DNA of 64,000 nucleotides, from NCBI GenBank assembly GCA_965541585.1, contig CBEUCH010000009.1, positions 32,001-96,000 of the forward strand. The letters are read 5' to 3'. Shown here in pieces: positions 50,926 through 61,700 of the stretch. The first letter of the stretch is position 1; each line of letters begins with the position of its first letter. The notes below the pieces were generated by a model. The model was given only the letters and a program-made list of their open reading frames with translations, ran no database searches and was not told the DNA's origin. The translations under genes and the position numbers were made by a program. The stretch is from an uncultured bacterium. Its GTDB lineage: Bacteria; Zixibacteria; MSB-5A5; UBA10806.

Positions 50926-51303
50926 TTGAGGCTGACAATATTAGCTCTTACGGTAACTTTACTTTTCTTGAGTTGTAGTGAAAAAGTCCCCGCGGAGAAT
51001 GAGCTATTTTCGCGCGCGCAGGAAGCTGAAGCAGCTCAGGAATTCAACCAGGCTCTCCAAGCTTATGATACGATAATCGAAAAATATCCCGATAGCCCGA
51101 ACCGATATAAGGCGATCTTCATGAAGGGTTATATCCACACCGAATACTTAAAAGATAAGACCAGGGCTCTTGAAGTGTTTGATCAATTGCTGGCGGAATA
51201 CCCCGACTGTGATCTGGCCGATGATGCCCGGGTCATGCGCGAAATTGCAGAAAAGGGCACCGACCTGATGTCGGTTTTCGAGGATTCGGTAAAAGCGGAA
51301 TAA
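50926..51303 (+). CDS. Small TPR lipoprotein
   Basis: TTG after AGGAGG; lipobox FLSC; KYPDS/EYPD TPR-like helices. Confidence 0.75.
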   Translation: MRLTILALTVTLLFLSCSEKVPAENELFSRAQEAEAAQEFNQALQAYDTIIEKYPDSPNRYKAIFMKGYIHTEYLKDKTRALEVFDQLLAEYPDCDLADDARVMREIAEKGTDLMSVFEDSVKAE

Positions 51304-51526
51304 AACCGTCTCTCGTTCTGGAGCATATTGAATCTACAGCCATGTGGCTGGCCCCGAGCTGTAGATAATTGTTGACAACATTGTATATTATATATTAAAT
51401 TTATACTTAGGTAAGGAGAGTAGTTTACCTAAGACAACGTTGGCTTATTTGTAGATCGTCATAATTCTAAAGCTTGGGGAACGCTCCTTTTAAATGTCAT
51501 AAGAGGCTCTTTTCCGGAGGTGAAAT

Positions 51527-53899
51527 ATGAGGACTTTAATTGTTCTTAGTTTGGTTATGGCTCTAACAGCGGTAAATGCGATAGCTTTTGAGCCGATATT
51601 CGAAGCCCGGTTGGATTTTCCTGCAGGCGAGGGGCAATACTCGCTAACTGTCGGTGATTTTAACGCAGACGGTTTCGAGGATGTGGCCGTGGTAAATAAT
51701 TATTATGACAACGTATCGGTTTTTATAAACAAGGGCGACGGAGACTTCGAACCTGAAATAGTATACGATGTAGGTGACCGTCCCTGGTCTGTTTGCGCGG
51801 CCGATCTGGATGGCGACGATGATTCCGATCTGGCTGTCGCCAGCTACGGTTCCGATGATGTTTCCGTGCTCATCAGCAACGGCGACGGGACATTTCAGCC
51901 AGCCGTTGCATATCAGGCGGGCGGCGGTTCGAGCTCAGTTGTTGCCGCAGACTTCGATGCTGATGGCTTTAACGACCTGGCGGTGGCCAATATAGATGTG
52001 CGTACCATGTCGATTTTTCTCAATAACGGAGATGGAACCTTCCAGGAAGCCGTTGGCTACGATGTCTCTGACGCAGTCGGGGGGTTGGCCGTGACCGATA
52101 TTGATGAAGATGGCGATATCGATCTGGCCGTGGCCTCGATTTCCGGTCAGTCCCTTTATGTTATCAAAAACAATGGCGACGGGACCTTTGCACAGCCGCA
52201 AGGTTATTATCTGGGAGGATGGATGACATTTGTGGCGGCTGCTGATTTCAACGGCGACGGCTTCGACGATCTGGCTGTAAATCTATACGATGACGATCTG
52301 ATCTCGGTTCTCCTGAACAACGGCAACGGGGAGTTTCCAGAACATGTCGAATATGAAACCGGCGACACCCCACGTTTTTTATTAGCGGATGATCTGGACG
52401 AAGACGATGATTACGACTTGCTGGTCAGTAATGATGATGATATATCCATGTTCACCAATGACGGAAACGGTGCTTTCTCGGGGCCGCATTATTTCAACCT
52501 GGATAGAGGCGCACGCAGATTCGCTGTCGTTGACGTTGACGGAGATGGCCTCAAGGAATTAGTGACTAACGGCGTATCCGTCTACAGGAATAAAGGAGAT
52601 CTTTCTTTCATGGCAGGGACTTATCTCGAGACCGGGTATAGTCCCTGGTCTCTTTCGGCCGGCGATCTTGATGGTGACGGGGATAATGACGTGGCCGTCG
52701 TACATGCTGGGGCAGAGGATCTCGGCATTTATATCAATAACGGAGACCGGACATTTCTTCCTGCCCAGTTCTACGACATAGACTGCATTTCCTTTACCGT
52801 TCTTATCTCAGATTTAGACGGAGACAGCCATAATGATCTGGTAACGGGGAACTTATTAACTTGCGACGTCCTTGTTTTATCCAACAACGGCGACGGTACA
52901 TTTCAGGCGCCGGTTGCGTATGGTGGCCAATACTGTGCTAATTCAATATCTGGCGGAGATTTCGACGGCGATAATGATGTTGATCTGGCTCTTGCGAATA
53001 TATGGGCAAATGGCCAGATCGCGGTATTGCGTAACAATGGCGACGGGAGCTTCCAGCAGGAGGAGTACTACCCTTGTGGAGATGGTCCAATGTCCATTGT
53101 GGCCTCGGACTTCAATGATGATACCCATGATGATCTGGCTACGGCAAACGCCTTTTCGGACGATATCTCGGTTCTCCTGAATAACGGTGACGGGACTTTT
53201 CAACCGCCGGTCAATTATCCGGCGGGCGACAGCGCCTGGGCGGTAACCGCCGGAGATTTTAATGATGATGACCATAATGATCTGGCTGTGGCCAACGCCG
53301 GTTCGGAAAATGTTTCTGTTTTTATTAATAATGGAGATGGCACTTTTCAAATGGAGGTTTCCTATCGGGTGGGAGATTCTCCTTTTTCCGTTATCGCGGC
53401 TGATTTCGATAGCGATGGTGATCTGGATATTAGCACAGCTAACAAGGCGGGCAATGTCTCTGTTTTGCTTAATGACGGAAGTGGTTTCTTCGAGCCGACC
53501 TCCAAATACGGTGTGGGCATCGAGCCTCATTCAATTTTCGCCGCCGATCTCGATCATCGTGGAGGTTTGGATCTTGTGACGGCGAATTCCGGTTCCGGCG
53601 ACATTTGTGTCTTGTTCAGTATCGTTGCTGGAGCTTGCGTCTATATTCCGGGTGATTGCAACCATAACTCGGTACCGGTAGAGCTGGTGGACGTTATCGC
53701 CATGGTATCAATGTATAGGGGCACGTTATCGCCGGAGTATACGTGCGAGTGCGCAAATTGGGGTGTCGATTTCGCCCCTGAAGCCGACCCCGACGGAAAC
53801 TGCGTCGCACTTGAGCTTTCCGACGTCGTTACCCAGATTGCGGCCTATAGAGGCAATGCTACTCCCTCGGGATGCCCTGATTGCCCAGGACTGCCTTAG
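51527..53899 (+). CDS. Secreted FG-GAP/VCBS repeat protein with a C-terminal dockerin-like domain
   Basis: Many DxDGDxDxDLAV...NNGDGTF repeats; C-terminal GDCN...DV...YRG duplicated. Confidence 0.9.
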   Translation: MRTLIVLSLVMALTAVNAIAFEPIFEARLDFPAGEGQYSLTVGDFNADGFEDVAVVNNYYDNVSVFINKGDGDFEPEIVYDVGDRPWSVCAADLDGDDDSDLAVASYGSDDVSVLISNGDGTFQPAVAYQAGGGSSSVVAADFDADGFNDLAVANIDVRTMSIFLNNGDGTFQEAVGYDVSDAVGGLAVTDIDEDGDIDLAVASISGQSLYVIKNNGDGTFAQPQGYYLGGWMTFVAAADFNGDGFDDLAVNLYDDDLISVLLNNGNGEFPEHVEYETGDTPRFLLADDLDEDDDYDLLVSNDDDISMFTNDGNGAFSGPHYFNLDRGARRFAVVDVDGDGLKELVTNGVSVYRNKGDLSFMAGTYLETGYSPWSLSAGDLDGDGDNDVAVVHAGAEDLGIYINNGDRTFLPAQFYDIDCISFTVLISDLDGDSHNDLVTGNLLTCDVLVLSNNGDGTFQAPVAYGGQYCANSISGGDFDGDNDVDLALANIWANGQIAVLRNNGDGSFQQEEYYPCGDGPMSIVASDFNDDTHDDLATANAFSDDISVLLNNGDGTFQPPVNYPAGDSAWAVTAGDFNDDDHNDLAVANAGSENVSVFINNGDGTFQMEVSYRVGDSPFSVIAADFDSDGDLDISTANKAGNVSVLLNDGSGFFEPTSKYGVGIEPHSIFAADLDHRGGLDLVTANSGSGDICVLFSIVAGACVYIPGDCNHNSVPVELVDVIAMVSMYRGTLSPEYTCECANWGVDFAPEADPDGNCVALELSDVVTQIAAYRGNATPSGCPDCPGLP

Positions 53900-54305
53900 A
53901 TTACCCAACTTCATCGATTGGTGTATGGAGAAGGCGGCCGGCAGTAGAAATCCCGGAAGCTGCTGGCCGTTAGAGAGAGCCTCGAGCCACGGATTTCGCA
54001 CCTGAAAAAAGCTTGACAGAAGACCAAAATGCCTATATTTTAATATAGGTTTTGAGACTGCGCGCCTTGAGTAAGTCTTCTTGCGCAGTAGTATTACAAT
54101 ATCTGCAGATATGGGGTCTATTCCGTTCGCAGGTAAGGATATTGCTAATAATCCATAAAACCAATTAACCGGGAGGTGACTCGCAGACATTAAAGTAGTG
54201 CAGCCTGTATCTTTAGGAATAAGAACAATGATTATGGATACGCGGCTGCTGAGTTAGTTGGACACTGAGGGATTTCAAAGACGGATTTGAGGAGAGAGAA
54301 GTATT

Positions 54306-56357
54306 ATGAAAAAACATCTTTTATGGATGCTAATCCTTTCGCTGCTCTGTATATGGACAGTTGCCGGGGCAGATACGCCTGGTAACCAGGCGCCTCCTGA
54401 TGAGATCGAGAAGGAAAAACTCTATGAGCAGCAAAAGCTTGCGTTAGAGACAGAACCGGCAGAAGAGGAAGCCAGGCGGGTGGCCGAAAAGATAAGGCTG
54501 ACCGAGGAAATGAATCTGACGCCCGAGCAGGCGGAAGCCCTTAAAGAAAGCCGATTTCTCGAGGCCAATCCCGGCTACAAGGATGAACTCGATGATCCGC
54601 CCACCATTCTGGTTCAGGGGGACGTTTGCTCAGATCCTTTCATAATTCCCGAGAGCTTTCCGTATTCTCATAGCGACAATACCTGTGATTATACCAATCA
54701 GTGCGATATCGCATTCTCGGACAACAGCGATGTCATTTATCAGTTGGATATAACCACTACGATCGACTTAACGGTCTCTTTGTGCGGATCCTCGTATGAT
54801 ACCAAATTAGCCATATATACTCCCACCTGCTGTTCCGGCGATCAGGATTATTGGCAATACAACGATGATTTCTGCAGCCTGCAGTCGGAAATCACCGCTA
54901 CATTTACTCCGGCCACCTACTATATCGTGGTCGACGGGTTCGGTACCAATTGCGGGGCCTACACTCTGAATATTACCGAATACGTGATACCCACCGGCCG
55001 TTGCTGCTATGGCGATCCGTATAATCCGGACTGCGTTGACAACATAATCGAGGCTGACTGCACCACTCAGTATTCTGGAGTATGGACCGAGGGGCTGGAT
55101 TGCGGAACACCATGCCCTGTACCAACCGACTGCAGCAACGCCATCCAGGTTATTCTGCCGCCGCCACCCTTGACCTGGCCTTACGTTGATGCCAATCAAA
55201 CAACGTGTGGCAGAGGCCACAGCTACGATGATGCCACCTGCCTCGAGCCTTACTACGATAATGGTGAGGACATAATCTATGAGATAACGGTCACGGAAGA
55301 AGTAACCGTTGGCATTTATCTTACCTCCAATACGACCTGGACAGGTATGGCAATTGGCACCTCCTGTCCTCCGGGACCCGGCTGTCTGGCCCTGTCAAAG
55401 AGCTCCGGTAGTGATGAAACGATTGAAGGTCTTACACTTGCCACCGGCACATACTACCTCATGATAGATACCTGGTCATCGCCGGACTGTATTGATAACT
55501 ACACTCTAACTATCGATGAATACGTATTACCCACCGGTCGTTGTTGCTATGGCGATCCGTATAATCCGGACTGCGTCGACAACGTAACCGAGGATGATTG
55601 CCTCGCTGGGTATTCCGGAACCTGGACTGAGGGACTGGATTGTGGTACTCCTTGCCCGATTCCGCCGGCCAACGACGATTGCGAGAACGCCGAACTGGTT
55701 GCGGTGCCCTCCTCCACGCAGGGTAATACCGACCTTGCAAATGGAGAGACACTCCCGTTCTGCGGCACCAGCGATGGCGCGCCAGGGGTCTGGTATAGAG
55801 TTATCGGCACCGGAAACACCATGACCGCCACGACATGCAATCCCTATACCGACTTTGATACTAAGCTCAGAGTGTTCTGCCATACTTGCGAAGATCCTTA
55901 CTGCGTTGGCGGTAATGACGATACGTCTGGTGCCCCGCCCGAGTGCGATCTTAACGGTTTGAACCGCAAGTCTACAGTGGTCTGGTGCTCCGAAGTCGGC
56001 ACCGAGTACCTGATTCAGGTTTTTGGATTCTCATCCTATACAGGCAATTTCCAACTGGATGTCTTCGACGATGGAACACCATGCCAGGATCCGCCCTTAT
56101 GTGCTCCCCCGACCGGCGCCTGCTGTGTAGATATGGTCTGCGTTGAGACCAACACCTTTGAGGAATGTTCTGTCCTTGGTGGTTTCTGGTACGAAGGGGA
56201 AGACTGCACAACTTTCGAATGCCCGGAGCCTCCGAACATCCCCACGCTTTCCGAATGGGGTATGATTATCTTTACACTGCTCTTGCTGACAGCCGGCACC
56301 ATCGCTGTCATTCGGAGACGTAATACCGTTTCTGCAAAAGAGGCTGCCCGAAGCTGA
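54306..56357 (+). CDS. Cys-rich secreted protein with IPTL-CTERM sorting domain
   Basis: Signal peptide; PTGRCC/PTGACC modules; C-terminal IPTLSEWGMIIFTLLLLTAGTIAVIRRR. Confidence 0.9.
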   Translation: MKKHLLWMLILSLLCIWTVAGADTPGNQAPPDEIEKEKLYEQQKLALETEPAEEEARRVAEKIRLTEEMNLTPEQAEALKESRFLEANPGYKDELDDPPTILVQGDVCSDPFIIPESFPYSHSDNTCDYTNQCDIAFSDNSDVIYQLDITTTIDLTVSLCGSSYDTKLAIYTPTCCSGDQDYWQYNDDFCSLQSEITATFTPATYYIVVDGFGTNCGAYTLNITEYVIPTGRCCYGDPYNPDCVDNIIEADCTTQYSGVWTEGLDCGTPCPVPTDCSNAIQVILPPPPLTWPYVDANQTTCGRGHSYDDATCLEPYYDNGEDIIYEITVTEEVTVGIYLTSNTTWTGMAIGTSCPPGPGCLALSKSSGSDETIEGLTLATGTYYLMIDTWSSPDCIDNYTLTIDEYVLPTGRCCYGDPYNPDCVDNVTEDDCLAGYSGTWTEGLDCGTPCPIPPANDDCENAELVAVPSSTQGNTDLANGETLPFCGTSDGAPGVWYRVIGTGNTMTATTCNPYTDFDTKLRVFCHTCEDPYCVGGNDDTSGAPPECDLNGLNRKSTVVWCSEVGTEYLIQVFGFSSYTGNFQLDVFDDGTPCQDPPLCAPPTGACCVDMVCVETNTFEECSVLGGFWYEGEDCTTFECPEPPNIPTLSEWGMIIFTLLLLTAGTIAVIRRRNTVSAKEAARS

Positions 56358-56382
56358 TCTCGCTTTTGACAATCTCGCTTTC

Positions 56383-56409
56383 AAAAAGCGGCCGCAAGGC
56401 CGCTTTTTT
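56383..56409 (+). terminator. Intrinsic terminator (possibly bidirectional)
   Basis: AAAAAGCGGCC-GCAA-GGCCGCTTTTTT. Confidence 0.85.
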
Positions 56410-56410
56410 A

Positions 56411-56439
56411 TTGACTATATCGCATATTCGTAATAGAGT
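56411..56439 (+). promoter_or_regulatory. Sigma70-type promoter of the dtd-smc-ftsY operon
   Basis: TTGACT-N17-TAGAGT. Confidence 0.55.
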
Positions 56440-56460
56440 TAGCTGCTGATTGGAGGGATA

Positions 56461-56898
56461 GTGAAAGCAGTCCTGCAGCGGGTCGCCGAGGCCTCCGTGG
56501 AGGTCTCAGGGGAGATGATTGCTTCTACAGGTCGCGGGCTCTTGCTTTTGATTGGAGCCGATCAGGGGGATTCCGAGAAGAATGCCGATTCTCTGGCCGA
56601 CCGTTGCCTGGGATTGCGGATCTTCGAGGACGATGAGGGTAAGATGAACCGCTCCCTGGTCGATACCGGCGGTGATCTATTGGCCGTAAGCCAGTTTACG
56701 CTATCGGCGGATCTCTCTAAAGGCAGAAGGCCGAGTTTCACCTCCGCCATGAAGCCGCCCGAAGCGGAAAAGCTCTTCGACTATTTCGTGAAAAGGCTGA
56801 TGGAAAGTGGATTGAATGTAAAAACGGGACGATTCGGGGCCAGGATGAAGGTACGGCTTATAAATGACGGACCGGTTACGTTCGTCCTGGAAGGATGA
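56461..56898 (+). CDS. dtd: D-aminoacyl-tRNA deacylase
   Basis: AVLQRV, SQFTL, GRRPSF and NDGPVT motifs. Confidence 0.97.
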   Translation: MKAVLQRVAEASVEVSGEMIASTGRGLLLLIGADQGDSEKNADSLADRCLGLRIFEDDEGKMNRSLVDTGGDLLAVSQFTLSADLSKGRRPSFTSAMKPPEAEKLFDYFVKRLMESGLNVKTGRFGARMKVRLINDGPVTFVLEG

Positions 56899-56913
56899 CC
56901 GAACTTTAGGGAG

Positions 56914-57507
56914 ATGAATACAATTACGGCCATGAAAATAGTCTTGGCGTCGGGTTCACCGCGAAGGGAAAAACTTCTTTCTGAAATGGGTTACGAATTC
57001 GAGATTGTGGCTCCGGTCGTTTCCGAGAAGAATATCCCCGGGGAGGCGCCTGAGGATCACGTTCAGAGGCTATCGCGGCTGAAGGGTGGATCTGTTGCCC
57101 GGCAATTCCCGGACAGCCTCGTGGTGGGAGCGGATACCGTGGTCGTTTTAGAAAGCAGCATTCTCGGTAAACCGGAATCGAAGTCGGAGGCGAGATCGAT
57201 GCTTGAGCTGCTTTCAGGTAAGACCCATACCGTCTATACAGGCTTATCCATGATGGTTTTGACGAAAGATATAACCACGTCGGATTACGATTCGACGAGA
57301 GTGACATTCAACAAACTCGATCCGGAGCAGATTAAACGCTATGTGGACTCAGGGGAGCCGCTGGATAAGGCGGGGGCTTATGGCATCCAGGGGATGGGCT
57401 CGTTTTTGGTCGATAGTTACGAAGGTGAACTCGATACCGTGATCGGTTTTCCATCGAAGCTTTTTGAGAGGATGTATAAAGAGGTTCTGACTTGTCCAGA
57501 GCTCTAG
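56914..57507 (+). CDS. maf: Maf-family nucleotide pyrophosphatase
   Basis: LASGSPRR, GADT, LGKP and DKAGAYGIQ motifs. Confidence 0.96.
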   Translation: MNTITAMKIVLASGSPRREKLLSEMGYEFEIVAPVVSEKNIPGEAPEDHVQRLSRLKGGSVARQFPDSLVVGADTVVVLESSILGKPESKSEARSMLELLSGKTHTVYTGLSMMVLTKDITTSDYDSTRVTFNKLDPEQIKRYVDSGEPLDKAGAYGIQGMGSFLVDSYEGELDTVIGFPSKLFERMYKEVLTCPEL

Positions 57508-58244
57508 GCGACAAACTTCGTGAAGGCAGAGAGGCCAAAGGGTTGAATATTGAGCAACTTGCGGCCCTCACGAGATTAAATCAGCAATTTATTGTAGCTT
57601 TAGAGAGCGGGCGTCGCGACCTGCTGCCGGGGCAGGTCTATTTGAAGCCGTTTACCAAAATCTGTGCCGAGGCTCTGGATCTTGACCTGAAAGAACTTTA
57701 TGGATTAATCGATGACGAGAATGGAGAAAAGGTAAACGATGAAATCCCGGCGGCGACTATCTCCGAATCCAAGCGAGGTTTGGATTATAGACTTCCGCTT
57801 GTCATTGTAATCGGCCTTATGATCATCGCGTTGATCTATCTAACTGTCAGCTTCCGGCAGGGCCGATTCCCCGATTCGGGGGATACAGATATTGTTCCGG
57901 CAGAAAGCCATCAACCGAGACGAGATGTCGAATGGAGCAGGCCCTGGGAGCGTCCGGCAGCCTGGGAAAGCCCCGGCCTTAATCAAAGATTGCGAATCGA
58001 GGCATCCGACTTAGTGTGGATCAGTGTTGTTGCCGACGGCGATACGGCATATGTGGGATTTCTAAATCCCGCCACGGCCAAAACCTTTACCGCCAGAGAG
58101 GGATTTACCCTGAGTCTCGGGAGAAACGACTGCGTCATTGGATACTTCAATGGTGAAAAAGTAGCCAGAATCGGCTCCAGTATCAGAGGTCTATTTAACT
58201 ACCGTCTGGGAGTCACAGGGGAAAGGCAAGATCTTGAGCGTTAA
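57492..58244 (+). CDS. rodZ: RodZ-like HTH membrane protein
   Basis: N-terminal HTH (LGDKLREGRE...ALESG...LP...Y), one TM helix and a C-terminal DUF4115-like domain. Confidence 0.75.
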   Translation: MSRALGDKLREGREAKGLNIEQLAALTRLNQQFIVALESGRRDLLPGQVYLKPFTKICAEALDLDLKELYGLIDDENGEKVNDEIPAATISESKRGLDYRLPLVIVIGLMIIALIYLTVSFRQGRFPDSGDTDIVPAESHQPRRDVEWSRPWERPAAWESPGLNQRLRIEASDLVWISVVADGDTAYVGFLNPATAKTFTAREGFTLSLGRNDCVIGYFNGEKVARIGSSIRGLFNYRLGVTGERQDLER

Positions 58245-58785
58245 GATCCGCGGTATCGTACAGAGATTCGCCGGCCTGAAAGACGCTTTTACACACAGGC
58301 CGGATCCGGTTAATTTTAGCGATCTTTCAGGCAATTTCAGGGCTTGCCTTGTCTGTATGCCTGCCAGACTGGAGCTTATCAGGGCGGCCTCAGATATTCT
58401 TCCTGAGATTGCAGAGATCTTTCCAAATAGAGACATCAGGATTCTGCTGACATCGAATGTAGATCCCCAATCGCATGATATTATTAAGAAATTCATAGTC
58501 ATAAAACCGCTATCGTATGATCTCGATGCTTTTTCGTTGCCGAAAAGGGAATTCATACAACGTGTTTCGGCGGGCGGTTTGGCGGTTTCGGTGGATCTGG
58601 ATATATATCCCAATTTTTTCAACGCTGTGGTTTCGCTCCGGTCCGGGGCGATAGTCAGGACTGCATTTGACAAAGGAGTTGGACTCCCCTATTATAATTT
58701 AATTGTCGGCATTCCTGCGGCGGAGGCGGCTCCGAAGGTCTCGTGCCGCGCCATGGCTGACATTCTCGGCAATTTTAGATTGTAA
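58234..58785 (+). CDS. Hypothetical protein
   Basis: 183-aa ORF overlapping the previous gene within the operon. Confidence 0.65.
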   Translation: MSVKIRGIVQRFAGLKDAFTHRPDPVNFSDLSGNFRACLVCMPARLELIRAASDILPEIAEIFPNRDIRILLTSNVDPQSHDIIKKFIVIKPLSYDLDAFSLPKREFIQRVSAGGLAVSVDLDIYPNFFNAVVSLRSGAIVRTAFDKGVGLPYYNLIVGIPAAEAAPKVSCRAMADILGNFRL

Positions 58786-58796
58786 AGGAGACGATC

Positions 58797-61700
58797 GTGT
58801 TACTTTCGCGCCTTGAAATTTCCGGATTCAAGTCCTTTCCGAACAGGACTATCATAGACTTCGACGGCGGTATAACAGGCGTAGTTGGGCCGAACGGATG
58901 CGGCAAATCCAACATTCTCGATTCCATAAGATGGGTGCTCGGGGAACAGCGCACGAGTATTTTGAGAAGTTCGCGAATGGAAGAGGTGATATTCAGCGGT
59001 ACGTCTCAGTTGAAGCCCATAGGAATGGCCGAGGTTACTCTTTTCATAAAGAACAATCGCGGTCTTCTGCCGATCGAATATGACGACCTCAACATTACCA
59101 GAAGACTTTACCGCTCGGGGGAATCCGAATACCTGCTCAACAAAAATCAATGCCGCTTGAAAGATATTGTGGAGCTATTTCTCGATACCGGAATAGGACC
59201 GCACGCCTACAGCGTTATACAGCAAGGGATGGTCGATGCTATTCTATCCGACAGGACGGAGGATCGCAGATCATTATTTGAGGAAGCCGCCGGTGTCACC
59301 AGATACAAACATCGCAAGAAGGAAGCGGAAAACAAACTTGTGGCCACCGAGGCCGACCTTCTGCGGCTCGGAGATATTATCGCCGAAATAGAGAAACAGG
59401 TTATTCTGCTGCGGCGCCAGGCCAAGAGGGCGCAGAGGTATTCCGGACAGAAGGAGCTCTTAAAAGATATCGAATGCACCCTGGCAGCCGCCCGGCTTTT
59501 CAGTTCGCAGGAGCGGTACAAAGAGTTGCTTGATAGAAAAAAGAGTCTGCAGATCGATCTCGAAGTTTACAATGCAGAAATAAAAAAATATGAATTCAAT
59601 CTTCAGGAAATTAAGCTCAAGGTAACCGATCATGAGACTCAGGCCTCCGAATACAGGCAGACTGAATCGGATGCGACAATCAAATCCGCTCGTATTGAGA
59701 GCGAGATCACACTTAACAAACAGCGTGCGGAAACATCATCGAATGAAATCCAGAAATGCAAGGCCGAGATCAACGCCCTGGAAAACCGTATACAAGCGCT
59801 GGAGAATGGGATATCGGAAAACCGGCGTCGGCTGAACGATATCGATACTCAAAAGAAATCTTCAGAAGAGGATAATGAGACGATAGAGGCTAAGCTGGAG
59901 GGACTTTCGAAGGAGTCGACGGAAGCGGAGTCTGCCCTCGAGAAACAGAGAACCGACCACTCCGGAATTACAGAGAGGATATCGGGTATCAAGGCCGAGG
60001 CCGAATCTCTGATAGAAGTGAAAGATGGTCTCGAACAAAAGATTGTACAGCTCCAGAAGGATGTCAGCGGGTACGATAAATTTCGTGATGAAAACCGCCG
60101 CGATATTGTAGATCTCGAGGAGAAAAACCGGGGAATTATCAGGAAGGTCGATAGCACGAAAGCATCCCGAGATTCGAAATCAAAGGAGATTGCCGATATC
60201 GAGGAATCACTGACCCGCTTGAAAGATAGACTCTCCGCGCAAAAATCTGAATCTTCGGCATTGCAAGCAAGAGATGAACTTCTGGGGCAACTTATAGAAT
60301 CGGGTGAGGGTTATTCCGGTGGAGCGAAAGCTCTTCTCTCGTGGTCCGAAAAGCCCGCCGGCATGTTCTTGCCTCTGGCTGAAGCTCTCGAGGTGCCGCC
60401 GGATTATCGGGTGCCGTTAACTGCGGCCCTGGGTCAGATGGGCGAGGTTATCCCGGTAGGAAGCTACTTGGACGCGGAATCTGCTATTGAGTATTTGAAT
60501 TCCAGCGCGGGAGGCCGGGCTACTTTTCTCGTCCTGGAGGGATTGAATGAATCAAAGTCCGGTGATGATAGACCCGATGGTGCTGACGGATTCCTGGGGT
60601 ATCTCGACGATCTTGTTGATTATCCTGAAGAGTATCGCCCGGCTGTGAAGCTGCTTTTGAACCGTGTTGCCCTTTTCGAGTCAAGAGGTTCGGCATCCAA
60701 CGCAGGTGGCCCCTGGCAATATCTAACCAGAGTCACCCTCGACGGTACCGTTTACCTGCCCTCGGGTTTTGTCTCGGGTGGCAAGACGATTCCAACCGTT
60801 CTCGGCAGGAAGCAAGATTCAGACTCCATCAAGGCAAAACTCAAGATAATCTCCACCGAAATCGATTCGACCGAAGCCGAACTGAACCACAATCTCGGGG
60901 TTCTGGAAAAACTGAAAGCGGAATTCCAGAATATCCAGAGGGACATCGATAGTCTGGAAGATGATCGCGGCAAAGTCGAGACTGAATTTGGCCAGTTCAA
61001 ATTCGATTTCAGGGAAAAGGAGAATCGATACAAAGCGGCCATTGATGAGGTGGAGAAGTTAAATAAGGAGATCATCTATTACAGTGAGAAACTGGATAAA
61101 CTCGATACCGAGCTGGGAGAATATGAATCAAGATCTGCAGAAAGCGTTGAAACCCTGGCCCGGATGACCGATCATGCCGGGAACCTAAGAAATTCGGTTA
61201 AGGAAATTGAGGTCCGCCTGACAACGGCCAGGATTAAAAATGTAGAGCTTGATGGTAAGACGGCAAAATTGAATTCCGAAATCAAGCACGGCCTCGAATT
61301 AAGCTCGGAAGCCACGAAAATGATTGCGACCAATCGCGATAATATAGCCGGAGCAGAACAGGCTATATCGGAATCCCGGACGAAAAATGAAAAATTAAAA
61401 CAATCGCTCGAGAGCTGTTTCGATGATCGAAACAGGCTAAAAGAAAAAATCAATGTGGTAGATGGCTCTATTTCGGAGCTGATGTCCGATTTGAAACAAC
61501 TCGAGAGTAAACTTGCCGGCAAGCGCCCGGAGAGGGAACAACAAACCTCCGCGCTGCATCAGTTCGATATGGAAATCATGGAATTTGATTCCACGCGAAA
61601 ATCGGCAATGGAGCGCCTCAAGCTGGAGTTCGGCGTAACCTCAATAGAATCGGCGCCGCTGCCAGATGGCATCACTGTCGAATCGCAGATGGAGAAAAGC

